NCBI GenBank assembly: GCA_963666365.2
Contig: CAXXNF010000002.1
Location: 2,406,667 to 2,470,666, forward strand
Direction of reading: 5' to 3'
Length of the DNA: 64,000 nt
Source: Syntrophales bacterium
GTDB lineage: Bacteria; Desulfobacterota; Syntrophia; Syntrophales; UBA2210
A program made the position numbers and the translations under genes. This document shows positions 48,088 to 58,876 of this stretch, piece by piece. The stretch's first letter is position 1. Every line of letters begins with the position of its first letter. The notes beneath the pieces are model-generated. The model saw only the letters and a list, made by a program, of their open reading frames with translations, searched no databases and was not told the DNA's origin.

Positions 48088-49281
48088 ATGAGAAAGACAG
48101 GTTTGTGTGCAGGTTTTATGGTCAGTTTCCTGGTATCCTTCTGCCTGGTCTGCGGATCTTCTGCATGGGCCGATGACTTCAAATGGCCCAGGACGCTTAC
48201 TATCGGCACGCCAGGCACGTCAAGCGGCGTCTTTGCCGCCACCAACGGCTGGGCGCCCATAATGCACCAGGACACCGATATGAGAATACGAGTTGTGCCG
48301 GAGGACAGTGAGACGGGGCGCTACCAGCGACTCACTGAATTCAAGGATTTCGACCTGGCCGCAATCTCTATTGCGGACACCCGTTTTTCTCAGGAGGGAA
48401 TACATGGATACTCCACCACGCCGCCCCATCCCACCAGGCTTGTATGGCATGCAAACGATACCCCCTGGCTTTTCGTGGTCCGTGGGGATTCGGACATTAA
48501 AACCATTTACGACATCAAGAAAAAAGGCGTCAGAGTTTCCTTGTCATCGCAATCACCGCCAATGATGGTGGCTGTCCAGAAGGCGTTACCAAAATTTGTG
48601 GGATGGTCGCCGGAAGATGCGAAGGAAAACTGGATCTTCGTACCCGCGGGCAGCTATGCGGAGAACTGCCGCTCAATAACCGACGGAAAGGCTGACATAA
48701 CCTGGGTAGCGCCGATAAGCTCAGTTATTTATGAAATGGAAGGGCACCCCAAGGGAATACGCTTCCTGGATCAGCCTCTCTCTGATAAAAAAGGCTGGGA
48801 GGGATGGCTTAGCATAAGGCCCACACATATACCTGCAAAGATCGAGTTGGGCGTCCCCTCTGCAAAAGGGCACGAGGGTTTGTCTTCAAGCTTTAATTAC
48901 TGGGGACGGGCTGACCTTGATGAGGAATTGGTGTACCGCTTAGCCAAGTGGTTTCATGAGAATTTCGACCGTTACAAAGGAGTCCATGCACTTGCGCCAC
49001 GCATGTCGATTGAAATGACACGCTGGTTCCTCGACCACAGCCCCCTTCCGGTTCACAATGGCACTATCAGATATCTCAGAGAAATAGGAAAATGGACCGC
49101 AGAAGACGACAAATGGAATAAGAATGCCATAGACTTGCAGAACCGCTGGCTTGCCGCCAGGAAAGCTGCTCAGGAAGAAGCAAAATCCAAAGGCATAAAA
49201 ATGCACTGGGAAAATGAGGAGTTCTTGAAAATATTCAGAAAGCACACAGAAGGGCTGCCTGTTTTCAAAGTGCGTTTGTAG
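48088..49281 (+). CDS. TAXI-family TRAP transporter solute receptor
   Basis: Signal peptide; IGT..SSG, SDIKTIYDI, DLDEELVYRLAK, PVHNGTIRYLRE; upstream of a fused permease. Confidence 0.85.
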   Translation: MRKTGLCAGFMVSFLVSFCLVCGSSAWADDFKWPRTLTIGTPGTSSGVFAATNGWAPIMHQDTDMRIRVVPEDSETGRYQRLTEFKDFDLAAISIADTRFSQEGIHGYSTTPPHPTRLVWHANDTPWLFVVRGDSDIKTIYDIKKKGVRVSLSSQSPPMMVAVQKALPKFVGWSPEDAKENWIFVPAGSYAENCRSITDGKADITWVAPISSVIYEMEGHPKGIRFLDQPLSDKKGWEGWLSIRPTHIPAKIELGVPSAKGHEGLSSSFNYWGRADLDEELVYRLAKWFHENFDRYKGVHALAPRMSIEMTRWFLDHSPLPVHNGTIRYLREIGKWTAEDDKWNKNAIDLQNRWLAARKAAQEEAKSKGIKMHWENEEFLKIFRKHTEGLPVFKVRL

Positions 49282-49482
49282 TGAAGCAATATCGTGCGGG
49301 GGAGGCGGTTACAGGGAACCGCACCCCTGCACGCAATTCAATGCCCTTTCTGCATGACATCCTGCGACACTGTCTAAGGGTTAGAAACGACAGGGCTGAA
49401 CAGGGGTGCTGTCTTCCGTAAGGATCAGCAAAGAACGTTCCATAAGACAATACATACCGGGAGAGCATGGAGGCTTGGTTGT

Positions 49483-51417
49483 ATGGATCAGCAAAAAACG
49501 ACTGACAAGACACCACATACTGAATCCCAATCATCTCGTCTGGGTGACCTGTACAGCTGGCAGGGAATTCTTTTTTTGGCACTGTCTGCCGCAGGAATTT
49601 ATCTTGCCATTGTGTATATTTTCGGTTTTTCATTTTTCGGAATACGGCTCCTCGATGCACAATATTATTGGCTTTTCATAGCTATTTTTTCGGCAGCCTC
49701 CTTCATAGTCCTGCCCGGTTCCAAAAAAACAGTGGGGCTTCCCTGGTACGATCTAGTTCTTGCCGTTCTTTCCTTTGCCATCTGTTTATATTTCTTCTTG
49801 CATTCCAGGGACATGGTAATCAGCAACTGGAGCAATATCCCTCTCGGTATTGTCATGTGGGTGCTGATGATGGAAGCGGCTCGGCGCAGCGGAGGAATCC
49901 CCTTTCTTGCGGTCGTCCTGCTGCTGGGTCTCTACCCCATTGTCGCGTCATACTTTCCGGGTCTTCTTGAAGGATTCCAGTACAGTTTTTCCCGAACTAT
50001 CGAGGCGCACGTCTTCAGATCCGAAGGCATGCTGGGGATCACGACAAAAATTGTGGCTGAAATTATATTGGGCTTTCTTGTCTTTGCAGGGGTGCTGCTT
50101 GCCACCGGCGCAGGAGATTTCTTTATCGATTTGGCAAACGCCTTATTCGGACGCTTTCGCGGCGGACCAGCCAAAGTTTCCATTGTGGCGAGCGCGTTTT
50201 TCGGCAGCCTCAGCGGAAGTATTTTTTCGAATATCGCCGGTACCGGCGCCATTACGATTCCAACGATGAAAAGAGCAGGATACCCGCCGCACTATGCCGG
50301 CGCAATAGAAGCCTGTGCATCAACGGGCGGTGTGCTCATGCCCCCGGTCATGGGCGCCATCGCCTTCGTTATGGCTATGACCGTCGGATCGGAATATCGC
50401 ACAATCATGATTGCCGCCATTATTCCTTCTTTTCTTTATTACCTGGGATTGATGCTGCAAGTCGACGGTTATGCCGCCAGAACCAACATGAAGGGAATGC
50501 CCCCTGAGACAATCCCTTCGCTCAAGAAGGTCATGTCCCGAGGATGGCCTTTTCTTTTCGTTCTCATCTTTTTGGTGTGGGGTCTCCTTTACATGCGATG
50601 GGAATACTACGCGCCGTGGTATGCCTCTTTGCTCATGATCGCGCTTTCCTTTTTCCGCAGAGACACCTGGATGACACCAACCAGAATTCTTCAGACTCTG
50701 CGACAGATCGGAACGCTCATCTGTCAGACTTCAGCCATCATTTTACCCATCGCCTTCGTGGTGAGCGGTCTCACCATAACCGGCGTCACCGGTTCTGTTA
50801 CCTCGGGCCTTGTCCACATGGGTGGAGGGAACCTCTATCTCGTGATTCTCTTCGGTATGGCGGCGTGCTTTATCATGGGCATGGCGGGGCTCGCCATCGT
50901 TGCCTACATATTTCTTGCCGTAACCCTGGCGCCCGCCATTATCACACTGGGCAATCTGAATGTGATCGCGGTTCATCTTTTCATTGTGTACTACGCCATG
51001 CTTTCCGTCATCACACCCCCCATCGGCACCGCAGCGTTTCTGGCGGGAACCATCGCCGGCTCGCCACCTTTACAGACATGTTTTACGGCCATGCGCCTGG
51101 GAGTGGTGATTTACTTCGTGCCCCTGTTCTTCATTTTCCAGCCGGCACTGGTGCTGCAGGGAGATTTGGGAAAGCTCATACATGTGTTGCCATCCTGCAT
51201 CCTTGGCATCGCGCTTATCAGCGCCGGTCTTGAGGGATATTTGCAGGGATTGGGAAGAGTGAATAATTGGCTCCGGCTGCCCTTAGTGCTTTCGGGCTTT
51301 GTCCTAAGCTTCCCCAAGCTAAGTGTAACATTGATTGGTCTTGCCACGTCCTTCCTGCTTTGTCTCATAATCTGGGTTCAGAACAGAAAGGAGATCAAAG
51401 TTCAGCAAGAGGTTTGA
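49483..51417 (+). CDS. TRAP transporter 4TM/12TM fused permease
   Basis: GGPAKVSIVAS, TGAITIPTMK, IEACASTGG.LMPPVMG, ITPP. Confidence 0.92.
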   Translation: MDQQKTTDKTPHTESQSSRLGDLYSWQGILFLALSAAGIYLAIVYIFGFSFFGIRLLDAQYYWLFIAIFSAASFIVLPGSKKTVGLPWYDLVLAVLSFAICLYFFLHSRDMVISNWSNIPLGIVMWVLMMEAARRSGGIPFLAVVLLLGLYPIVASYFPGLLEGFQYSFSRTIEAHVFRSEGMLGITTKIVAEIILGFLVFAGVLLATGAGDFFIDLANALFGRFRGGPAKVSIVASAFFGSLSGSIFSNIAGTGAITIPTMKRAGYPPHYAGAIEACASTGGVLMPPVMGAIAFVMAMTVGSEYRTIMIAAIIPSFLYYLGLMLQVDGYAARTNMKGMPPETIPSLKKVMSRGWPFLFVLIFLVWGLLYMRWEYYAPWYASLLMIALSFFRRDTWMTPTRILQTLRQIGTLICQTSAIILPIAFVVSGLTITGVTGSVTSGLVHMGGGNLYLVILFGMAACFIMGMAGLAIVAYIFLAVTLAPAIITLGNLNVIAVHLFIVYYAMLSVITPPIGTAAFLAGTIAGSPPLQTCFTAMRLGVVIYFVPLFFIFQPALVLQGDLGKLIHVLPSCILGIALISAGLEGYLQGLGRVNNWLRLPLVLSGFVLSFPKLSVTLIGLATSFLLCLIIWVQNRKEIKVQQEV

Positions 51418-51473
51418 TAAAATTGTATACACCGTGCCATGCCACCGATGGGAAGCGCGCCAATACGCAGAAG

Positions 51474-51518
51474 CAGTAATCCCTCCTTCGGCATAAAGGA
51501 GGGATTACTGTCGTTTTT
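51474..51518 (+). terminator. Intrinsic terminator after the TRAP operon
   Basis: CAGTAATCCCTCCTT-7nt-AAGGAGGGATTACTG followed by TCGTTTTT. Confidence 0.8.
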
Positions 51519-52184
51519 CTTCATGTGCCGTAGAAAGGATCTCGCTCTGTCCCCGTCGCACCCAGACTTCCCACGTATAGATGACCCACGCAGAGGAATA
51601 CCCCTTTTTCTTTTACTAGCGCGACCTTACTGCGTTCAAGGTCATAATAGTGTTCACCATATGAAACGATGTGAAAATCGTTTCCATTCAGATGTATACA
51701 CTGAAAGGAACGGATGTTTTCAACTTGCGTTTGGAGCTGTAGGCCGATCCCATTGCCGGAGACAATGACAGTTCTTGAGATTTTACCGGATTCCCCCATG
51801 GGGCGCCACCATACTTTCAGTTTACCTTTCGATCGCGTAAACCCATAACGCTTGCTTCAGGAGTGGTCGCAGTGGATTTTTATATTTGATAAATCATGTT
51901 GTCAAAAATACGTGCAGTCGATCACCAGACAGAACGGGATATGTTCGTGACAGAGTTTGTATATCCCAGCCAGTGGTATGAGTTCGCTAGTTATGGCAAG
52001 GTATTTGTGGTTCCTGCACGTATGTGTGCACCCTCAATTCCCGAAGGACTGAAGAACTGCAAATAATAGTTCGAAATAAATCCTGTATGGTACCCGGGTG
52101 CCTTGATACCACCCGGGTAGCCTTTGGGCATGTAAGTCGAACAAGAAAGATAGTGGGCTATAATGCTCGGCAAGGAGTACATCT

Positions 52185-52385
52185 ATGGATGCAAAGGAAT
52201 TTATAAAAAATGTGTTCTATATCGCAGGGATGCAAATATCCGACGAGCGTGTCCAATCTCTTGGTGCACCCGATGGGTTGTATCCGTTATTAACACAGTT
52301 GGCGGCTGGTTTACATCAAGTCGATACGGAGCAATATGAACCCTTGGAAAAACCGGACTTCTTTAAAGAAAGGTCTGAAAAATGA
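52185..52385 (+). CDS. Small amidase-associated protein (GatC/AtzG-like, 66 aa)
   Basis: AAGGAG RBS; ATGA-coupled to the amidase; GMQISDER...EP...F pattern. Confidence 0.6.
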   Translation: MDAKEFIKNVFYIAGMQISDERVQSLGAPDGLYPLLTQLAAGLHQVDTEQYEPLEKPDFFKERSEK

Positions 52386-53761
52386 GCCCAATACGCGATT
52401 TTGATCTGGTTGACATGGTGAGGCTTCTCCAAAAGGGAGAAGTGTCATCGGAAGAAATCGTTAAAAGCTGTCTAGACGCGGTTGAACTATACAACGATAA
52501 ATTGAATGCATTCATTTCTATAGATCCCTTAAAACTATTAAAGAGGGCGCAAGAGATTGATAAATTACCTCAAACCGAGAGAGGTCTTCTATCGGGGATT
52601 CCTGTGGCAATTAAAGATTTGATAGACGTTTCGGGGGAAGTTACCACAGCGGGATCATCATTTTTCAAGAATAAACCTTCAGCACGTACTGATGCGTTAA
52701 TAGTAAAAAAATTGAAAGAGGCGGGTGCGATTCCCTTCGGAAAAACAAACCTCCACGAATTTGCCTGGGGAGGGACTTCGGCGAATCCTCATTACGGCAT
52801 CTGTTACAATCCATGGAATAGAAATTATGTAGCAGGAGGGTCCTCAGGAGGAAGCGCAATTTCCGTTTTGATGAGGATGGCGCCAGCTGCATTGGGAACC
52901 GATACGTTGGGCTCTATTCGACACCCCAGTAGTTTCTGTGGAACTGTGGGCTTGAAACCAACCTATGGTCTCTTGCCTACTGAAGGGATTTTCCCGTTAG
53001 CCTATACACTCGATCATGTAGGACCCATGGCAAGAACTGTCGAAGACGTTGAATACGTACTTAAAGCTATGTTGGACGACAATGCCCGAGTATTAGTCGA
53101 GAATAATTATGAAATAGGGAAGAAGGTTTTGAAAGAAAGAAGCAGACGTCTTGAAGGCATATGTGTCGGTGTGTTAGCGCCGCATGTTCCTAAAGACATC
53201 TGTCATGAGGCGGTCTGGAACGGTTACGAAAATGTTTTGAAAATCATTGAAGATGAGGGAGCGGAAGTAGTTGAAATACAATTCCCTGAGTTCGAATCAG
53301 CATACGCGGCCGGATTATTTCTTACATTAGCTCAGGCGAGTCAGATTCACCGTAATCGCATGGTTGAACGGCCTGAAGGGTTCGGTGATGATGTTCGTGT
53401 ATTGTTGGAAGCAGGATATCTCGTTTCGGCAGTTGATTATGTTCAGGCTCAGAAAGTGCGTGCCAAACTCATTGATACCGCAAAGCGCATTATGAAGAAA
53501 ACCGACTGCTGGGTAATTCCGACAACACCTAATCCCGCGATAGCTGTTGGTGAAACAGATCTCACCGTTGCACTTTTCACGGCGCCTTTTTGTACATTGG
53601 GTTTCCCAAGTATCGCCCTTCCAAGCGGTTTTACCAATGAACGATTACCCGTTTCAGTGCAAATTATCGGCGCTCCTCTGGACGAATACCGCATTCTCGA
53701 TATCGCGACTATTGTATCTCAGAGCATTGCATTCCCCAAAACGGTCCCGGAAAATTTATAA
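52382..53761 (+). CDS. Amidase-signature family enzyme (GatA/AtzE-like)
   Basis: AIKD (Lys), GKTNLHEFA, GGSSGGS, GTDTLGSIR (Ser-cisSer-Lys triad). Confidence 0.92.
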   Translation: MSPIRDFDLVDMVRLLQKGEVSSEEIVKSCLDAVELYNDKLNAFISIDPLKLLKRAQEIDKLPQTERGLLSGIPVAIKDLIDVSGEVTTAGSSFFKNKPSARTDALIVKKLKEAGAIPFGKTNLHEFAWGGTSANPHYGICYNPWNRNYVAGGSSGGSAISVLMRMAPAALGTDTLGSIRHPSSFCGTVGLKPTYGLLPTEGIFPLAYTLDHVGPMARTVEDVEYVLKAMLDDNARVLVENNYEIGKKVLKERSRRLEGICVGVLAPHVPKDICHEAVWNGYENVLKIIEDEGAEVVEIQFPEFESAYAAGLFLTLAQASQIHRNRMVERPEGFGDDVRVLLEAGYLVSAVDYVQAQKVRAKLIDTAKRIMKKTDCWVIPTTPNPAIAVGETDLTVALFTAPFCTLGFPSIALPSGFTNERLPVSVQIIGAPLDEYRILDIATIVSQSIAFPKTVPENL

Positions 53762-53983
53762 AGGTAAGCCTCCATGTTCTGCCACATTTTCCATGTTCTT
53801 CTGTTGTGTGAAGGGAGTATTCATGGGATCAAACTTGCGTCTGTCGGGTTAAGGGACGACAGGAATAATTTTCAAGTAAAAAATGGCGCTTCTCCGAATA
53901 CAAAGTTTTCGCCAAAATACGATTGTTACAGAGAAGCGCCCTTATCATCTTGTACACTTTTTACATAAGATATTTCCTTACAC

Positions 53984-55279
53984 CTATTTCTTTTTCATCA
54001 TCTTTCTAAGATCTCGAATGCGGATAATCTTATCATCAGGATTTGCCGTTTTTACTAATTCCGGAGGGTACACTAAAGGGTATTTTCCGGGACCTTGATG
54101 CTGAGCGAAAGTCCAAGGATAATAAGGATACCCCATAACAGGATCATGTCGCTCATCGAATGCCCATTTCCAAAATCCATGCTGTACTTCCCCTTGTTCA
54201 ACGGCCTTAATCATAGCTAAAACATCTTTTGTGTTGCCCACTTTTTCAATTGCAGCCTTTGCTATCCAGGGGCCATCATAGGCGGCATAGGTTGATCCCA
54301 TCAATCCACCTCCCGCTTCTCGCAATTTTTTTAGAAATGGTAACGTCTTATCGGTGTAAGGAATTTCAACTTCAGGGAACTGAGAGATCCAACCCAGACC
54401 GCTACCACGCGTCATATCCCAGAATTTAGCATATGCACTCACCCCAGACCATGAAATAACGTCTATATTCTTTGCAGATGAGTCAGCCCACTGATTTGCA
54501 AACGTTGCATGGTTTGTATACGCACCCAGCAAGAACATAGTATCCGCACCTGATCTTGCAATAAGCTCTAATAATGGTAAAAACATTGTCTCAGTGCCCG
54601 AATTCTGATGAATCGCGACAACTTTTACTCCAGGTGCTCTCTTTTCTATCCAATCCTTTATCGGAGGAAATCTGCCAGGAACACCTGAGATAAGTTTGCT
54701 CGTAAATGCGGTATCCTCAACTACCAGTGCTAATTTTTTCGTTCCAATGTCATTAAGAACGCTCCACACATTGAAATTTGGATCGTATGCATTGCCGGCT
54801 CTCGGAAAAGGCCTAAAGAAAAACTTATATTTTTCATACTCATCCTTCACAACATCTGTAACTTTATCTGCTGCCGTGTAGTTCCCAATTTGGATGTGTG
54901 GGTATTCTGAAAATAATCTCACCGCCTCTTGCTGTAAAGCCATCACACCCTCGCTCCCCTCAGTAAATACGAATAAGCATTTCTCGGATATAACGAGTTT
55001 ACGGTATGCGGCAACAGCCAATGGAACTTGGCGCTTCCAATCCTCAATTAATAATTTAACCGGTCTTCCTAAAATACCGCCGGCCTCGTTGATTTCATTA
55101 ACAGCTATCTCCATGGAAATCTTATTTGTCTTGCCCCATGGTGCATCGATGGCTGTAATCAACCCAAAATTAATTGGGTCCCCTTTAGGTGGTGCTGCTG
55201 TTACCGGTGTACAGATGAATGATACTCCCAGTAAAGCTATGCCTAAACACAAGAGGCATAAAATCAATTTCTTTCTCAT
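53984..55279 (-). CDS. ABC transporter substrate-binding protein (Liv/HAAT type)
   Basis: Signal peptide; AVNEINEAGGILGRPVKL; same strand as livHMGF. Confidence 0.85.
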   Translation of the reverse strand: MRKKLILCLLCLGIALLGVSFICTPVTAAPPKGDPINFGLITAIDAPWGKTNKISMEIAVNEINEAGGILGRPVKLLIEDWKRQVPLAVAAYRKLVISEKCLFVFTEGSEGVMALQQEAVRLFSEYPHIQIGNYTAADKVTDVVKDEYEKYKFFFRPFPRAGNAYDPNFNVWSVLNDIGTKKLALVVEDTAFTSKLISGVPGRFPPIKDWIEKRAPGVKVVAIHQNSGTETMFLPLLELIARSGADTMFLLGAYTNHATFANQWADSSAKNIDVISWSGVSAYAKFWDMTRGSGLGWISQFPEVEIPYTDKTLPFLKKLREAGGGLMGSTYAAYDGPWIAKAAIEKVGNTKDVLAMIKAVEQGEVQHGFWKWAFDERHDPVMGYPYYPWTFAQHQGPGKYPLVYPPELVKTANPDDKIIRIRDLRKMMKKK

Positions 55280-55383
55280 TCTTCGTTCCCCCTTTCACGT
55301 TTGTTAATTATTGTTGATAAATAACCGCCACCTTTGTTATTTCCTGGCTTTCAAAAATGACACATTTCAATACAGCGCCCCAC

Positions 55384-56730
55384 TTATTTATCTAAATTAT
55401 ATTTTTCGTATATTTCTTCATTATGTACACCAAGACCATGTTCAATACGATCAATCCTAGGTGGTGTTACCGACATCTTAGGGACAGAATCCGGCATTAA
55501 AATATCTCTTTGATCAGGTAGACTTATTTTCTTTAAAGAATTTCTGACTTGCCAATGTTCTTCTTTTAATACCTCACGGGGTGAAAGAGTCTCAACAATA
55601 ATGGGGAATCCATTGCCTCGCAGCTTATCTCGTGCCGCCTTCCTGCTGAAGGAAAGCGTTTTTTGCACAATTTCTTTCCGCGTGTATTTGATAATTTCTT
55701 TTTTAAACTCATCTTCCAGACCTTTCAATTTATCAATATCGTCCGTAATGCGATCAAAGACAAACCGCCAATCGTTTTCAAGATCCCACCTCCCCAAAAC
55801 CTTAAGCATTCCCCTAAAATCCTGATCACTTCCAGCCGCGATGGTAACATATCCATCTTTGGCTTTATAATAACCGTAAGGAAAAAGATTCCAATCAAAG
55901 TTTTTGACTCGAACTCTCGGTTTTCTAAAGAATACTCCCCACAAAATTGAAAATGACTGCCATGCCGAAATACAATCATATGTGGCGACATCAATAAATT
56001 GACCTTCTCCTGTCCTTCTTTTATGTAAAAGAGCAGTGAGGGTTCCCGCAACCGCCAGCGCAGCACTCATGTACGAAGCCGCCCATACCCCAGCCTTAAC
56101 AGGAAAGTTCAGCGGCTCAGGCGCAGTTGGATCACCCGTCAATGACGGGTATCCAGCTTCTGCTTGGGCTGTTAAATCAGTATCGGGAATGTTGTAAAAT
56201 TTTCTGGCCTTCTCGGTAAAGTGACCGTAAGGTGATATTGCTAGATACATCAGACCTGGCTGTATTTGTTTTAACTGACGATACCCAATCCCTAATGAAT
56301 CCAAGTATCCCGGTTTCATTGCATCAATTATGACATCTGCTTGACTAGCCAGTTTCTTAAAATTACTCAAACCTTTTTCTAGAGTGAAATCCAAAGTAAT
56401 ATTATTCTTATTTCTACTCTCCATTAAAAAAGGGATGCCAACATTTTCTACATTGACACCAAAGGGGCTCACTTTCCTCGCAGGATCACCTTCAGGAGGT
56501 TCTATTTTAATGACGTTTGCACCAAATTCACCCAAAATAGATGCACTTATAATTGCGGGAAAATTCGCGTGGCTCACCTCAAGTACCGTAATATCCTCAA
56601 GCATTTTTGGCTTTTCCTGCGAAGACGTCATCATTTCAACTAAAAGGTTATTGAACTTTAAAAGATGCTCTGAAGCAGCCTTGCTTGTGAGATGCTTTGA
56701 AAATACTTGAGGATTATCCTTTTTTTCCAT
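55384..56730 (-). CDS. Class III (CaiB/BaiF) CoA-transferase, second of a pair
   Basis: GANVIKIEPPEGD, RNK..ITLD, TDLTAQA, GEGQFIDVA. Confidence 0.88.
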   Translation of the reverse strand: MEKKDNPQVFSKHLTSKAASEHLLKFNNLLVEMMTSSQEKPKMLEDITVLEVSHANFPAIISASILGEFGANVIKIEPPEGDPARKVSPFGVNVENVGIPFLMESRNKNNITLDFTLEKGLSNFKKLASQADVIIDAMKPGYLDSLGIGYRQLKQIQPGLMYLAISPYGHFTEKARKFYNIPDTDLTAQAEAGYPSLTGDPTAPEPLNFPVKAGVWAASYMSAALAVAGTLTALLHKRRTGEGQFIDVATYDCISAWQSFSILWGVFFRKPRVRVKNFDWNLFPYGYYKAKDGYVTIAAGSDQDFRGMLKVLGRWDLENDWRFVFDRITDDIDKLKGLEDEFKKEIIKYTRKEIVQKTLSFSRKAARDKLRGNGFPIIVETLSPREVLKEEHWQVRNSLKKISLPDQRDILMPDSVPKMSVTPPRIDRIEHGLGVHNEEIYEKYNLDK

Positions 56731-56732
56731 TG

Positions 56733-58088
56733 TTATTCGCTTTCATTATAGTTAAATAATGGATCATTTTTAATATCATAACTATAGGGCGGTCTTTGGC
56801 CTAAACTATTTCCCCAATACCCAATAACGTTTTCAGCTTCCAGTCGTTTAATCTCAGACTTAGATAACCCGAGAATTTTTTTCAAAATATAATGATTATG
56901 ATATCCTATGGGTCTTTGAAGGCTTTTCAATCTTCCGGGAGTTTTTTCAAGCACTACTGGAATACCAGGCCACTTATTTTTCCCATACATTGTATCGTTA
57001 AATTCAATGACGGTTTTTCTTTCCTTTCGCCATTCATCATTCACAATCATCCAGTCATCCATGACCGGAGCAGCAGGGAAGCCCTTTTTCTGTGCAAGAT
57101 CTATGATTTCAGAAACACTTTCTCCTTTTACCCACGCTTCTAATATTTTATGGATAGCATCTGCATTGGAGGGTTTTAATCGCTCGAATGTTTCCTTAAA
57201 TCGGATATCGTCAATAAGGTCCTCCCTATTCATAGCTTCCATCAAAGCAATAAACTGCTCGTCAGTCGCAATAGCAATCGAAATGAATTTTTCATCACAG
57301 GTTTTAAATATGCCGGAAGGTGCCATGGCTGCATCAATATTTCCATTGCTTTGCAAATCCTCTCCCGTCAAGTCCATGTAAGACCACTGGTGCATCATTC
57401 GCATTAGTGATTCTACTTGTGTGATATCAATATACTGCCCCTTACCCGTTCTTTCCTTGTAATTCAGTGCACCTAAGATTGCGTTCAGGCCGAATAAGGA
57501 TGGTAAAAAATCCCCATAATAGTCTTGAAGCTTATAGGTATCTTCATCACTTAATCCCGTAAGCCTGGCCACCCCTGCCCTGGATTGTGCAATTAGATCC
57601 CAGCTGGGGAAAAAGCGCATTGGACCCCATTGTCCATATCCAGAACAGCTTGCATAAATAATTTTAGGATTAACTTGGCTCACTGCGGTGTATCCAATAC
57701 CCCACGCTTCAGCCAGTCCTGAACGAAAGTTTTCTACAACAACATCACACTCTTTAGCGAGCTTCAATACTAGCTCTTTCCCTCTTGTTTTTTTTAAGTC
57801 GATACCCACAAAATATTTATTTGTATTCAGGATTTGAAAAAAAGGCGATGAGTCTTTCCAATACTTCGCCCAATAGCTTGCCACTCTCCAAAGATCACCT
57901 TCATAAGGCTCCTCTACTTTAATGACCTCCGCTCCGAATGATGACAACCATTTTGTCATCGAAGGACCGAATATCACATGAGTGAGATCGAGGACTCTTA
58001 TTCCTGCTAAGGCTTCTTGTTTTTCTTCAATAGCTGAGCTGTCAAAAATTTGATCTGTATAATTAAAGTAGTCTTCCAGCATCTGCAC
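56733..58088 (-). CDS. Class III (CaiB/BaiF) CoA-transferase, first of a pair
   Basis: LAGIRVLDLT, GAEVIKVE, DVVVENFR, SGYGQWGP, WDLIAQ, GKGQYID. Start GTG 58088 or ATG 58082. Confidence 0.9.
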   Translation of the reverse strand: MQMLEDYFNYTDQIFDSSAIEEKQEALAGIRVLDLTHVIFGPSMTKWLSSFGAEVIKVEEPYEGDLWRVASYWAKYWKDSSPFFQILNTNKYFVGIDLKKTRGKELVLKLAKECDVVVENFRSGLAEAWGIGYTAVSQVNPKIIYASCSGYGQWGPMRFFPSWDLIAQSRAGVARLTGLSDEDTYKLQDYYGDFLPSLFGLNAILGALNYKERTGKGQYIDITQVESLMRMMHQWSYMDLTGEDLQSNGNIDAAMAPSGIFKTCDEKFISIAIATDEQFIALMEAMNREDLIDDIRFKETFERLKPSNADAIHKILEAWVKGESVSEIIDLAQKKGFPAAPVMDDWMIVNDEWRKERKTVIEFNDTMYGKNKWPGIPVVLEKTPGRLKSLQRPIGYHNHYILKKILGLSKSEIKRLEAENVIGYWGNSLGQRPPYSYDIKNDPLFNYNESE

Positions 58089-58168
58089 TCCTTAATATTA
58101 AGAGTCTACTAGGTCTTTTCCTGTCATTCCTGGAGTAAAATTAAAATATTTGAATATTAGCTTCCAAA

Positions 58169-58876
58169 TCACATTCCCAAGTACACTTTTTTAATATGAT
58201 CGCTCTTTAAAATCATCTCACTCGAATCTTCCATTACGATTTTTCCATTCTCCAAAACATATGCACGCTCAGCAATCTTTAAAGCCTGCTGAACATTTTG
58301 TTCTGAAAGCAGAATGGTAACTCCCTCCTCGCGAAGAGTCTTTAGAATATCAAATATTTCCAGTAGAATTTTGGGAGCCAACCCAATTGAGGGTTCATCC
58401 ACCATGAGAAGCTTTGGAAGCGACATCAACCCCCTGCCTATGACCAGCATTTGCCTTTCTCCGCCACTTAGCGAACTCGCTTGTTGATTTCTACGATCCT
58501 TCAAAATAGGAAATATACTGTGCACTCGATCAGCCGTGCTGTAACGTTGTTTCCAAGCTTCTTGCTGTCCAGAAGCGCCCATCATGAGATTATCCCAAAC
58601 TGACAAATAGGGAAATATCTTCCCCCCTTCGGGAACTTGGATAAGCCCAGCTTTTATGCGCGTAACAGGTTTTGAATTTATCATCTCAGAACCTTGAAAC
58701 ATGATACTTCCAGAAGAGGCTTTCAATAAACCCGAAATAGTTTTTAGCAACGTCGTTTTTCCAGCCCCATTTGATCCAAGTAACGCGACAAATTCTCCTT
58801 CCACTATATTAAATCCCACATCATGGAGAACCTGGACCAGTCCATAAGAAAAATTTATATTTTCTACTCTAAGCAA
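58169..58876 (-). CDS. livF: ABC transporter ATP-binding protein (LivF type)
   Basis: GSNGAGKT, LSGGERQM, DEPS.GLAP. Confidence 0.9.
   Translation of the reverse strand: MLRVENINFSYGLVQVLHDVGFNIVEGEFVALLGSNGAGKTTLLKTISGLLKASSGSIMFQGSEMINSKPVTRIKAGLIQVPEGGKIFPYLSVWDNLMMGASGQQEAWKQRYSTADRVHSIFPILKDRRNQQASSLSGGERQMLVIGRGLMSLPKLLMVDEPSIGLAPKILLEIFDILKTLREEGVTILLSEQNVQQALKIAERAYVLENGKIVMEDSSEMILKSDHIKKVYLGM

Noticed and set aside
51521..51799. 92-aa minus-strand ORF
   Set aside because: No recognisable motif or clear RBS; possibly a gene remnant, but not supportable.
52185..53761. Housekeeping gatCA of the Glu-tRNA amidotransferase
   Set aside because: No gatB follows, the context is an AT-rich accessory region, and the small protein is shorter than typical GatC.
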